From Dehalococcoidia bacterium (GTDB lineage Bacteria > Chloroflexota > Dehalococcoidia > UBA2979): a stretch of 64,000 bases of DNA. Position 1 is the stretch's first letter. Each line of letters opens with the position of its first letter. The stretch is taken from positions 32,001 to 96,000 of the forward strand of contig OZ219868.1 in assembly GCA_964291495.2 (NCBI GenBank), given 5' to 3'. The position numbers were made by a program, and so were the translations under genes. This document shows positions 9,477 through 18,262 of the stretch, piece by piece. The notes under the pieces were generated by a model. It had not been told where the DNA came from, ran no database searches, and saw nothing but the letters and a program-made list of their open reading frames with translations.

Positions 9477-11129
9477 TCAGCGCCGCGCCGCGATCGGCAC
9501 GCTGACGGGGCGGCTGAGGCGGCCCCAGGAGGGGAACCACGCCGAGTGCTTCCCCGCGCCGCCCGCGACGACAATGTTGATGCCCTCGGCTTCCTCGGCG
9601 ATCGGCAGCAGCACGTCGTCGTCGAAGCGTTCCTGCGCGCTCTCGGGCACATCGCCCTCGGGGACGCGGCGCACGGCGATGGCGCGCCGCAGCTCGGGCG
9701 AGAGCTTCCCCGCCGGGTAGCGCGCGTGCTCGAACAGCCACTCGCGGATGCTCTCGCGCGTCCAGCCGTCGCCGGCGAGGAGCGCCGCGTGCTCCGGGCA
9801 GAGCGCGAGCAGCGGGTTGCCGCGGTTGAGGATGTTGTTGCTGCCCGGCTGGCTCATCGCCGCGGCGATCGTGCGCAGCAGGCCCTCGCCCGTGTTGCTG
9901 TCGCCGTCGCGGATGTTGTGCGGGCCCTCGCTGCCGAAGACCGTGACCGCACTCGCGCCCGCCTCGAGGCCGCGCGCGACGTGGAAGGGCTCCCAGGGGT
10001 TCGCCCCGGCGTTCTCGGCGAAGCAGGAGGCGAACTTCGCCGGCGTGCCCTGTGTGGCCTGGTCGCCGCGCCCCGGCTGCGCGCCGCCGATGTTGAGGAG
10101 CACCAGGCGGATCGCACGGCCGATCGAGGCGTTCGCGGGGAAGGCCGGCCCGAAGCAGCCGCTGCCCGAGTGAATGCCGAGCTCCTCGGCGATCGGACCG
10201 CTCACCACGATCGTCTCGGCCACCGGGTGCGTCGTCGCGTTCATCCCGGCGACGTTGTGCGACTCGTCGAGGATCGCTTGCACCACCGCCAGCACCACGG
10301 GGAAGGCGCGCGCCTCGCAGCCGGCCATCGCGGCGTTCGCGGCGACGACCTCGACCGTCACGAGCCCGTGGCCGGGCGGCAGCACGCCGAGGACGTCGAG
10401 GGCGTCACGGTCGCCGCAGGCGATCAGTGCCTCTACCAGCTCCGGGGTCGGCGGGATGATCGGCAGGCCGTCCGACCAGCCTCGGGCGATCGCCGCCTCG
10501 TGCAGCGCGCGCGGGTCCGAGGGCAGCGTGAGCCGCTCGGCGGGCTCGCCGCGATCCGGCAGCGCGGAGGGCGCCGCGCCCTCGTTGGCCGCGCCGCCGT
10601 TGACCGCCGTCAGCAGGCGCTCGACCTCGGGCGTCGTGGGTGTGGCGAGGCCGCCGACGGCCGAAGGCGGGATGCCGCCGAGCGGGTGCGGCACGGTGAC
10701 GTAGGGCAGGGCGGGCAGGCCGCGCCGCTCGGCCTCGTACTCAATGAGGCCGCTGAAGGCGTCGGTGCCGATCGTGACGGTCGGGACTCCGCGGGCTTCG
10801 AGGGCGATCGAGGCGTGGACACTCCACGTCGTGCAGCTGCCTCAGTCGCAGCTCCCGACGAGCACGAAGTCGGCCTCCTTCGAGAATGCCTCGAGCACGG
10901 AGCCCGGCGCGGGCGCCGAGGCGTTCTTGGACCTCAGCGCCGTCGGCCCGAGGTCGTGCCGCTCGCGCAGGCCCTCGACGAGCCGTTCGAGCAGCAGTTT
11001 GGCGTTCGCCTTGCGGTTCTCGAGGATGCCGGGCCGCAGCCCGTCGAGGCTGGCGGGCCGCGGCGCGAGGGGGATGGCGGCCTGGTGCAGCCGCCCGCGC
11101 GGGTTCAGCACCTCGATCGTCCCGGCCAT
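9477..11129 (-). CDS. UGSC-family selenoprotein fused to a C-terminal GWSDGLPIIPPT-type domain (Sec at in-frame TGA 10842-10844), ~550 aa
   Basis: ORFs 10842..11129 and 9477..10694 are in one frame separated only by TGA. Read-through gives ...VLVGSCD-U-GSCTTWSVHASIALEARGVPTVTIGTDAF...VTVPHPLGG; a hairpin follows the TGA. Confidence 0.82.
10810..10844 (-). promoter_or_regulatory. Putative bacterial SECIS element
   Basis: On the minus strand: TGA-GGCAGCTGCACGA-CGTGGA-GTG-TCCACG-CCTC. A 6-bp stem (10814-10828) with a G-containing apical loop lies ~20 nt after the UGA. Confidence 0.6.
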
Positions 11130-11230
11130 GGCGCGCCTCCTCTCGCGTTCGCGCGGATGCTACACCGCGAGGGCGACCGCGAGTGAAGGCCGCCGTCCAT
11201 CCCCCCTCCTCGCGGGAGAGCTTTGCAGAA

Positions 11231-11528
11231 CCGTCATTCCGGCGAAAGCCGGAATCCAGGCGCCAGCCAGGCGAGGAGCGAACGGAGCCACGAGGGCGGC
11301 GCGCGTCGCCTGCGGGGGGCTGCGCCCCCCACACCCCCATCCCGGACGAGCACGCGCTGCGCGCGGCTCGGACCCGCCCACCCGCCCTCGGACTATCTTT
11401 CTGTGGGGGCTCCGCCCCCACGCCCCCGCCGGATCAGGCTCGGGCGGTGCAACCCTCGCACGCGTACGGAGGTTCTGATGGCGTCCGCTCCCGTCTCCCC
11501 GGGGGAGAGGGTAGGGGTGAGGGCGCTC
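11231..11528. repeat. Composite array of palindromic repeats (REP/BIME-like), copy 1
   Basis: CGTCATTCCGGCGAAAGCCGGAATCCAG, GGGGGGCTGCGCCCCCC, TGTGGGGGCTCCGCCCCCAC and TCTCCCCGGGGGAGAGGGTAGGGGTGAGGG hairpins; a homologous array is at 12944-13231. Confidence 0.7.
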
Positions 11529-11904
11529 CTAGCTGTTCGTGAACCGCGGCTCGCGCCGCTCGATGAAGGCGGCGACGGCCTCCTTGTGGTCGGCGGTGAT
11601 CATCGACATGCCCTCGGCGGCGAGCGAGTAGTGCATCACGTCGTTCGACATCGCGAGCAGCACGCGGTTGATCGAGCGCTTCGTCGAGCGCACGGCGTAG
11701 GGCGCGCCCGCCGCCAGCTTCGAGGCGATCGCCAGTGCCTCGTCGAGCAACTCGTCGTCCTCGACCACCTTGAAGACGAGGCCGATCCGCTCGGCGGTCT
11801 CGGCGTCGAGGCGCTCGCCGGTCATCAGGTAGTACTTGGCGTGCTGCGGCCCGGCGAGCAGCGGCCAGAGCAGCGCGCCGCCGTCGCCGGCGGTGAGGCC
11901 GACC
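11529..11904 (-). pseudogene. Duplicated 3' fragment of the enoyl-CoA hydratase gene at 13232-14050
   Basis: About 376 bp near-identical to 13232-13607, ending abruptly at ...GAGGCCGACC; the 5' half of the gene is missing. Confidence 0.85.
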
Positions 11905-11956
11905 TATGATGCGTGGCGGCATCGCGACGTGCCGCGCATACCGAAGGAGGCCCGAG

Positions 11957-12805
11957 GTGGGCGACTACGAGAACATCCTCTACGAGACCGACGACGACCA
12001 GATCGCAACCATCACCCTCAACCGTCCGAACCAGATGAACGCGATCTCCCCGGACCTCGAGCGCGAGCTCCATGAGGCCCTCGACGAGGCGGCCGCTGAC
12101 GACGCGGTGCGCACGATCATCCTCACCGGCGCGGGCCGTGCGTTCTCCGCGGGCTACGACATCGGCCGCGAGCGCGAGGCGCCCAGCACGCGCAGCGCGA
12201 CGCTGGCGCAGTGGATGCCGAAGGACATGAACCACACCGACCACGTGATGCACATCATGGAGCTGGACAAGCCGGTCATCGCCGCCGTCAACGGCTGGGC
12301 GCTGGGTGGCGGGTTCTGGTACACGCTCGCCTGCGACATCACCATCGCGTCCGAGCAGGCCGCGTTCGGCCAGCCCGAGGTGCGCATGGTGTCGAACACC
12401 TCGTTCCTCTTCCCTGCCCTCGTCGGCTGGAAGGTGGCGGCCCGCTACGCGCTCACCGGTGACCACTTCGGCCCCGAGGAAGCCGTGCGCATCGGCGCCA
12501 TCAACGAGGTCGTCCCGCACGACGAGCTGATGTCGCGCGCACGCGAGATGGCGAAGCGGCTGGCGATGGTGCCGTCTGACTCCGTGCGGCTCAACAAGAA
12601 GCTCACCACGCTCGGCTTCCAGGCGATGGGCCTGCGCAACGCCGTCCAGACCGGCGGACTGATCTCCATCCTCGCGCACGCCTCGACAGACGCCGAGGAA
12701 GTCGCCGACATGTACGAGGTGCAGCGCAACGAGGGCCTCGGCGCCTTCCTGAAGATGCGCGACACCAAGTTCATCCCCGAGCCGGGCGGCCCACGCTCGC
12801 GGTAA
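11957..12805 (+). CDS. Enoyl-CoA hydratase/isomerase (crotonase) family protein
   Basis: GTG at 11957 after an AAGGAGG RBS; ITLNRP, AFSAGYD, KPVIAAVNGWALGGG, FGQPEV. Confidence 0.92.
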   Translation: MGDYENILYETDDDQIATITLNRPNQMNAISPDLERELHEALDEAAADDAVRTIILTGAGRAFSAGYDIGREREAPSTRSATLAQWMPKDMNHTDHVMHIMELDKPVIAAVNGWALGGGFWYTLACDITIASEQAAFGQPEVRMVSNTSFLFPALVGWKVAARYALTGDHFGPEEAVRIGAINEVVPHDELMSRAREMAKRLAMVPSDSVRLNKKLTTLGFQAMGLRNAVQTGGLISILAHASTDAEEVADMYEVQRNEGLGAFLKMRDTKFIPEPGGPRSR

Positions 12806-12823
12806 GCCAAGGGCACGGGCTCC

Positions 12824-12946
12824 GTGACGGAGCAAGACACGACGGCGGCGCTGCCGGACCTCGACGCGATCCGGCGCGCCGCCGACGTGCTCGGCGAGCA
12901 CCTCTCGCTGCCCTCGCCGCTCGTCTACTCACCCGCGCTGTCGGAA
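12824..12946 (+). pseudogene. 5' remnant of a threonine dehydratase-like PLP enzyme gene, truncated at a repeat array
   Basis: GTG 19 nt after the ECH stop; MTEQDTTAALPDLDAIRRAADVLGEHLSLPSPLVYSPALSE resembles the N-terminal helix plus TPL..S..LS motif of fold-type II PLP enzymes, then runs into non-coding repeats. Confidence 0.5.
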
Positions 12947-13231
12947 GCCGGAACCCAGTTGGCCCGCCGGCCTGGCTGCCGCCTCGATGGATCGTCGCGC
13001 CCTCGTGGGTTCGTGCCCGGCGGGCGTCGGAGACCGAGCGCTGCGCGCCGCTCAGCCCACCCACCCGCCCGCGGAGTTTCCTTGTGTGTGGGGGCGGAGC
13101 CCCCACGCCCCCGCCGGATCACGTGCCTGCGACGCGGCCTTCGACGCCGCACCGAACTCCCGATTGCGTCCGGCCCCCTCTCCCCGAGGGAGAGGGTTGG
13201 GGTGAGGGCCTTCCGGGTCCGGCGCAACAGC
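12944..13231. repeat. Composite array of palindromic repeats, copy 2
   Basis: Shares AAGCCGGAAnCCAG, GCGCTGCGCGC, CCCACCCGCCC, TGTGGGGGC..CCCCCACGCCCCCGCCGGATCA and CTCTCCCCGAGGGAGAGGGTTGGGGTGAGGGC with copy 1, in the same order. Confidence 0.7.
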
Positions 13232-14050
13232 CTAGCTGTTCGTAAACCTCGGTTCGCGCCGCTCGATGAAGGCGGCGACGGCCTCCTTGTGGTCGGCGGT
13301 CATCATCGACATGCCCTCGGCGGCGAGCGAGTAGTGCATCACGTCGTTCGACATCGCGAGCAGCACGCGGTTGATCGAGCGCTTCGTCGAGCGCACGGCG
13401 TAGGGCGCGCCCGCCGCCAGCTTCGAGGCGATCGCCAGCGCCTCGTCGAGCAGGTCATCGTCCTCGACGACCTTGAAGACGAGGCCGATCCGCTCGGCGG
13501 TCTCGGCGTCGAGGCGCTCGCCGGTCATCAGGTAGTACTTGGCGTGCTGCGGCCCGGCGAGCAGCGGCCAGAGCAGCGCGCCGCCGTCGCCGGCGGTGAG
13601 GCCGACCGAGACGTGCGGGTCGGCGAAGACGGCGCTGCGCCCCGCAATCACGATGTCGCCGAGCAGCGCGGTGGTGCAGCCGAAGCCGAGCGCGTAGCCC
13701 TTGACGGCGGTGATGACCGGCTTGTCGTTGTTGAGGAAGCCCTCGACGATCTCGCGCGGCTCGCCAAGCACATCGAGCGCGCTCATCCCCTTGCCCCCGC
13801 CGCCGAGTCGCTGCTGCACGTCGGCGCCGGAGCAGAAGGAGCGCCCGGCCCCGGTGATCACCGCCGCGCGCACGTCCGGATCCTCCTGGATGTCACCCGG
13901 GAGCTGTGCGAACTCCGCATGCATCACCGCCGTCGAGGCGTTGTGCCGCTCCGGCCGGTTGAGCGTGATCAGCGCGACCCCGTCGTCGCGCTTCTCGATC
14001 AGCATCTCCGCATAGTTCGCCTGGTCAAGCGTCCTGGCCTCACGCGGCAT
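13232..14050 (-). CDS. Enoyl-CoA hydratase/isomerase family protein
   Basis: ATG at 14050 after GAGGAGG; ITLNRPE, SFCSGAD, KPVITAVKGYALGFG, FADPHVSVGLTAGDGG. Confidence 0.92.
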   Translation of the reverse strand: MPREARTLDQANYAEMLIEKRDDGVALITLNRPERHNASTAVMHAEFAQLPGDIQEDPDVRAAVITGAGRSFCSGADVQQRLGGGGKGMSALDVLGEPREIVEGFLNNDKPVITAVKGYALGFGCTTALLGDIVIAGRSAVFADPHVSVGLTAGDGGALLWPLLAGPQHAKYYLMTGERLDAETAERIGLVFKVVEDDDLLDEALAIASKLAAGAPYAVRSTKRSINRVLLAMSNDVMHYSLAAEGMSMMTADHKEAVAAFIERREPRFTNS

Positions 14051-14116
14051 CTTGGCCCTCCTCATCGCTGCGCGGGGATGCTAGCACTGGGGGCGAGGGC
14101 AGCTGCTCCTTGCTCG

Positions 14117-16294
14117 TCACGCCTGTCGCCACGGCTCAACGCCGCGTCGTTCGGCTGCGGGAACGAGCGCCGCGTGCACACGCGGCAACAACTTCGCGAG
14201 GTCGCTCTGGTAGGCCCGGAACAACAGTCCCGCGTCGTGAGGCTCCGTGTACCGCCGCTGAAGGTTGTAGCGAACGACAGTCGAGGCCAGAATCTCGGCA
14301 AGCATCGCGTTGAAGTGCGGGGTTTCCTGCCCCGGCCAATTGTCCTTCTTGGGGCCTAAGTAGGCTTTGACAGATGGGTCTAGGGCATTGACCTTCAGCG
14401 TGCTGCCCTCCAGCCATGAGCGCTGAGGCACATCGAACTCGTCGATGTCAGGTCTGATCCCGGAAGCAGCAGCACTGGTCACGCGTACTTCGGACTCGGC
14501 AGCCTCTTCACCGACGGCGGCAACGATCCGCGCCTTGGCGCCGACGCCCGACCCGCGGATCCTCACGGGACACACCCCGGCCCGTAGCGCTTCGTCGTAG
14601 CCGAACACGAACAAGGGAGCTTGGTCGATCAGTTGGATGCCGGGGTCGCCCTGTATGTCGATGCGCGGCGTCACAGCTCCGTCGGCAACCAAGTCCCACG
14701 GGGCAAGCAGTCGGGCCATGCGGCGAGCCCCGTCCCTCACGCTGTAGGACGCGCTGTCGAATTGGATGCTCTCGACCGGCTCCGAATCCTGGACGAGCCG
14801 CCACTCGATGAGCCCGTCACCAACGATCCCTGCGACGCTCACCGCAAGCTCCGTAACCGCCCCCTCCTCGCGCCCGGGAGAGCGGTGGGTAGCAGTGAAG
14901 TAAACGCCGTCAGCCCGCGCGGTCATCTGTAGCTCGACGGGGTCGTGCTCACCCTCTTCGTCCGTCAGCCGGACAGTAGCCGTGGGCGGTTCATCCAAGG
15001 GCTCATTGGGCCGGTACCGGATGGATACGCGTCCGGTTTCGCCGGGCTCCACAACGCGAAGAGCAGGAATAACCGTCAGCCCCGGCTCAGGCAAGTGACC
15101 GCCACCGCCACCTCCTTCCTCGTCGGTTTCCTCGAGGTACTCGTTGAGTACCCTGCTCACACGATCGAATCGGCGGCGCTGGCTGTCGGATTGCCGGACA
15201 CCCGCGCCACGCTCGGCTTCTTGGCGCAGCCTTTCTAGGTGCGGTTGCAGCGCCTCTTCAATCGCCTTGTACAGTGCATCGACGAACGGATGGTCGCCAC
15301 GGTCGACCAGTCCGTAGCGATCACGGCGAACGAGCCGTATCGGGTTGTCGTGTGGCGGGCTCTGCCCGGCCTCAATGCAGTCGTCGTACTGGCGAATCAG
15401 CTCGTTGATTGCCGGGACGTCAACTGCGCCGAAGAGCCTCCCCAGATAGTGAGCGTATGGACCGCGAGCGAACGTACCCCCCTGAAACACCTCGTATGCC
15501 GCGCGTCCAGACTTGATAAGTAGCGAGTGCCGCCAGTATTCCCACGGCTGGTTATCGTCGAGCGACTCGGCGCACTCCGACAGGGTCAGAACGAGTTCGC
15601 GTCCATCGTAGCCCGGGATGGGCAGGCTCTCGTGGCCGATGAGCAGTTTGCCCCGAGGCGGCTCGAAGACGACCTTCTTGTCGTTGAGGGTGAGTTCGCG
15701 GCCTCGACGGTCCTCAAGGATGGGCCTCATCGCGTAGTGCCGCTTGAGGTTCTCCATCAGCGTCGCTTCGCGCGGGATCCTGAACCGCGGCTGGATCTCC
15801 AAGATCACGGTTGTTCCCGTGTCGCGGCGTTCCACCGCTGGGAGCTCATCGATTCGCCACTGATTAGTTGCTCCGGAGTCGTACTCAATCGCGAAGCGAG
15901 TATGTTCGCCATCGCGCTTCGATTCCCAACTCACCGGGCCGAAGTGCACTACATCCTTAGCCCCACGGCCAAGCAGCCCGCGGCGCTGTGCACCCCCTTC
16001 AAAGCCGCTTGTCCGACCGCCGAGCGTCCCGAGGCGCTCCTTCATTTCTGCATTGGTCATGCCTCGGGCCCGGTCGCGGACACGGAGAATCGTCGGGCTC
16101 TTGCGCCGCGGCTCCCACTCGACGCGGATCTTCCCCTTGCGATTGTTCGAGACATCCTCGTAGGAGTCGTCTGCGTTGGTGACAAGCTCAACGATGGCGC
16201 GAATGGGATCAGAGCCCATCGCGTTCTCGGCATCCTGCTGATAGCTGCGTGTGGTGGCGATCAACTCTCCGCGGACAGGCTGGCCTTCAACCAT
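14117..16294 (-). CDS. GHKL (Hsp90/MORC-like, HATPase_c_3) ATPase with long uncharacterised C-terminal region, ~725 aa
   Basis: ATG at 16294 with GGAGG RBS; N-box ELVTNADD, G1 VRDRARGM, G2 GLLGRGAK, G3 TGTTV; lower GC than flanking genes. Confidence 0.8.
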   Translation of the reverse strand: MVEGQPVRGELIATTRSYQQDAENAMGSDPIRAIVELVTNADDSYEDVSNNRKGKIRVEWEPRRKSPTILRVRDRARGMTNAEMKERLGTLGGRTSGFEGGAQRRGLLGRGAKDVVHFGPVSWESKRDGEHTRFAIEYDSGATNQWRIDELPAVERRDTGTTVILEIQPRFRIPREATLMENLKRHYAMRPILEDRRGRELTLNDKKVVFEPPRGKLLIGHESLPIPGYDGRELVLTLSECAESLDDNQPWEYWRHSLLIKSGRAAYEVFQGGTFARGPYAHYLGRLFGAVDVPAINELIRQYDDCIEAGQSPPHDNPIRLVRRDRYGLVDRGDHPFVDALYKAIEEALQPHLERLRQEAERGAGVRQSDSQRRRFDRVSRVLNEYLEETDEEGGGGGGHLPEPGLTVIPALRVVEPGETGRVSIRYRPNEPLDEPPTATVRLTDEEGEHDPVELQMTARADGVYFTATHRSPGREEGAVTELAVSVAGIVGDGLIEWRLVQDSEPVESIQFDSASYSVRDGARRMARLLAPWDLVADGAVTPRIDIQGDPGIQLIDQAPLFVFGYDEALRAGVCPVRIRGSGVGAKARIVAAVGEEAAESEVRVTSAAASGIRPDIDEFDVPQRSWLEGSTLKVNALDPSVKAYLGPKKDNWPGQETPHFNAMLAEILASTVVRYNLQRRYTEPHDAGLLFRAYQSDLAKLLPRVHAALVPAAERRGVEPWRQA

Positions 16295-16830
16295 CCCAAG
16301 AAACCCTCCAGTTCCTGCCGTCCTCCGGCCCGGGCGGCTCCCTCCAGCTCGGCGATGCGTCGCTCGATCGAGGTGGCTGGCGCGTCCGCCTGCAACCCGA
16401 CAGCGTCGGCGGCTCGAAAGATTGAGACGGGGCCCGCACCTGCCTGCCACTCGTCGAACATGGGATGCTGCCGCAGGCGCCTCAGTTCGCGGTCATCAGC
16501 GACACGCAGGACCGACGCTCCACCGGCGCTGTCGTCACCGGCCAACTGCGCTCGTTCCTGGGCCCAGTCAATCCCTGCTGGCGTGAGTAGCCAGCCCACT
16601 CGCTTGTCACCGGTTACAAGCGCCCCGTGCTTCTCCTTTTTTCCGTCGCGAAGGGCGACTCCGGCGCGGTCGATGTCAGGGTAGTCATGTCGTTCCCAGC
16701 TAAAGCGCCTTGGTGCCAGCTCGTAGCATTTGACAGCCACATCTTCTTGATGCTGCCTCGACGTGGCCCCTCCAAGCGAGTAGAGGGCCAACGCCGCGAC
16801 CTGCCAATTCGTCATGCGATCCAACGACAT
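16261..16830 (-). CDS. Hypothetical protein, probable N-terminal winged-helix-like domain
   Basis: ALYSLGG...EDVAVKCYELAPRRFSW..YPDID..VALRD...GWLLTPAG (W-x-LT-x-x-G wing pattern); overlaps the ATPase start by 34 nt. Confidence 0.65.
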   Translation of the reverse strand: MSLDRMTNWQVAALALYSLGGATSRQHQEDVAVKCYELAPRRFSWERHDYPDIDRAGVALRDGKKEKHGALVTGDKRVGWLLTPAGIDWAQERAQLAGDDSAGGASVLRVADDRELRRLRQHPMFDEWQAGAGPVSIFRAADAVGLQADAPATSIERRIAELEGAARAGGRQELEGFLGWLKASLSAES

Positions 16831-16891
16831 CGCAGAGCGGCGGGGTGGATTGGTCACGCGGACAGACTCTCTTCGACGGACCAAGTCCTCC

Positions 16892-18085
16892 CTACAACTC
16901 CGCCGGCACCCGCTTCGAGGGCAGGCGGACGGTGGCGAGGCCGGGGAGGGTGAGGCGGCCGCGCTGGTTCTCGCCTCGGATCTCGATGTCCACCAGGGCT
17001 TCGTCGCCTTCGAGGTAGGTGCGGGTGACCGTGCCGCGCAGCCAGGTGGTGTCGCCCATCAGGTTGAAGCCGCGCAGCTCGCCGCGCAGGCGCTTGAGGA
17101 AGCCGTCGTCGCCCATCCAGTTCTCGATCAGCGTGCCCGCCCAGGAGATGCGCTGCGGGCCGAAGTCGTAGGCGCCCGGGACGCCGACCTGCGCCGCGAC
17201 CTCGCGCAGCTGGTGGCCCATGCCCGTGTACTCGAGGCCCTGTCCGGCCTCGGGGTTGCGGAAGTAGTGGCCCGGGTGGCGGCGCGCCTCCTTGAGCGCG
17301 GCGCCGTGCGCGCGCCCTCGGCCCGTGCCGACCAGCCAGGCCGTGACGTCCGAGGTGGTGAGCGGCCCGCGCGCGATCGCGTCGAGCTCGTCGCCGACCT
17401 TGACGTCCTCCCAGTAGCGGGTCTCGCCGCCGCGGATGCGCTCGTCCTCACTGTATTGCGTCTGCTCGATCTCGTACAACTCCTCGGCGCCGTAGTCGTA
17501 GGCGCGGCCGCCGCCGGTCACGGAGTCCTCGCGTGACTCCTTGCCGCGCTCGCGGGCGGCGGAGCGCTCGTGGCGCGTGTTCCAGCCGCGCACGCTGGCG
17601 ATCAGCTCGCCGCGCTGGTTGGTGAAGGTGGTCTCGACGTGGATGATGACGAGCGTGCCGGAGAAGCGGCTCTCCTTCTCCTCGAAGCCGAGCATGCGCT
17701 CGACGCTGTCGATGCGGTCGCCGAGGCGGATCTCGCGCTCGAAGCGGAAGTCGTTGCCGGCGTGGAAGCCGTGAACGCCGGGCAGGCCGAAGCGGGTGCG
17801 GCCGGGCCAGGTGCGCGCGTAGAGGAAGCAGCCGGGCGCCAGCAGGCCGCCGTAGCGCGTCCACTTCGCGTATTCCTCGTCGCGGTGCAGCGGGTTGAGG
17901 TCGCCGATGCCGTTGCAGAAGTTGGTGACGGTGTCGATCGTCGCCTCGCGGATGTAGCGCTCGGGGCGCATCTGCAGGCCGGTGATGCGGCGCAGATCGT
18001 CGAGCGCCTCGGGGGTGATGCGCCCCTCGGGCAGGTCGAGGCCGGAGGGCGGTCCGGAGGCCGCCTCGGAGTCGGTCGTGGTCAT
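16892..18085 (-). CDS. Double hot-dog MaoC-family dehydratase
   Basis: NFCNGIGDLNPLHRDEEYA..TRYGGLLAP in the first domain; RYWEDVKVGDEL and GDTTWLRGTV in the second. Confidence 0.85.
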   Translation of the reverse strand: MTTTDSEAASGPPSGLDLPEGRITPEALDDLRRITGLQMRPERYIREATIDTVTNFCNGIGDLNPLHRDEEYAKWTRYGGLLAPGCFLYARTWPGRTRFGLPGVHGFHAGNDFRFEREIRLGDRIDSVERMLGFEEKESRFSGTLVIIHVETTFTNQRGELIASVRGWNTRHERSAARERGKESREDSVTGGGRAYDYGAEELYEIEQTQYSEDERIRGGETRYWEDVKVGDELDAIARGPLTTSDVTAWLVGTGRGRAHGAALKEARRHPGHYFRNPEAGQGLEYTGMGHQLREVAAQVGVPGAYDFGPQRISWAGTLIENWMGDDGFLKRLRGELRGFNLMGDTTWLRGTVTRTYLEGDEALVDIEIRGENQRGRLTLPGLATVRLPSKRVPAEL

Positions 18086-18262
18086 CGTTCGCCGCCCTTC
18101 GCCGGTGCGGGATCGTATGGCGTGTCTGTCGTGCGGAGCGTCCGGTGCAGGTCGATGCGTGTCAAGGCGCAGCGTGGCCTCGCCGTTCAGCGTTGTAGCC
18201 CGCGAGCCGGCCGGTCAGCGCCGGAGGCTCGGCTTCACGCTCGAGGGCACGAGCGGATCCCG

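Noticed and set aside
11231-13231. Possible CRISPR array or IS element
   Set aside because: No regularly spaced identical repeats with unique spacers, no cas genes, no transposase and no terminal inverted repeats.
12824-14359. 511-aa plus-strand ORF
   Set aside because: A chimera of a short gene remnant, repeat DNA and the antisense of the ECH gene; not a real protein.
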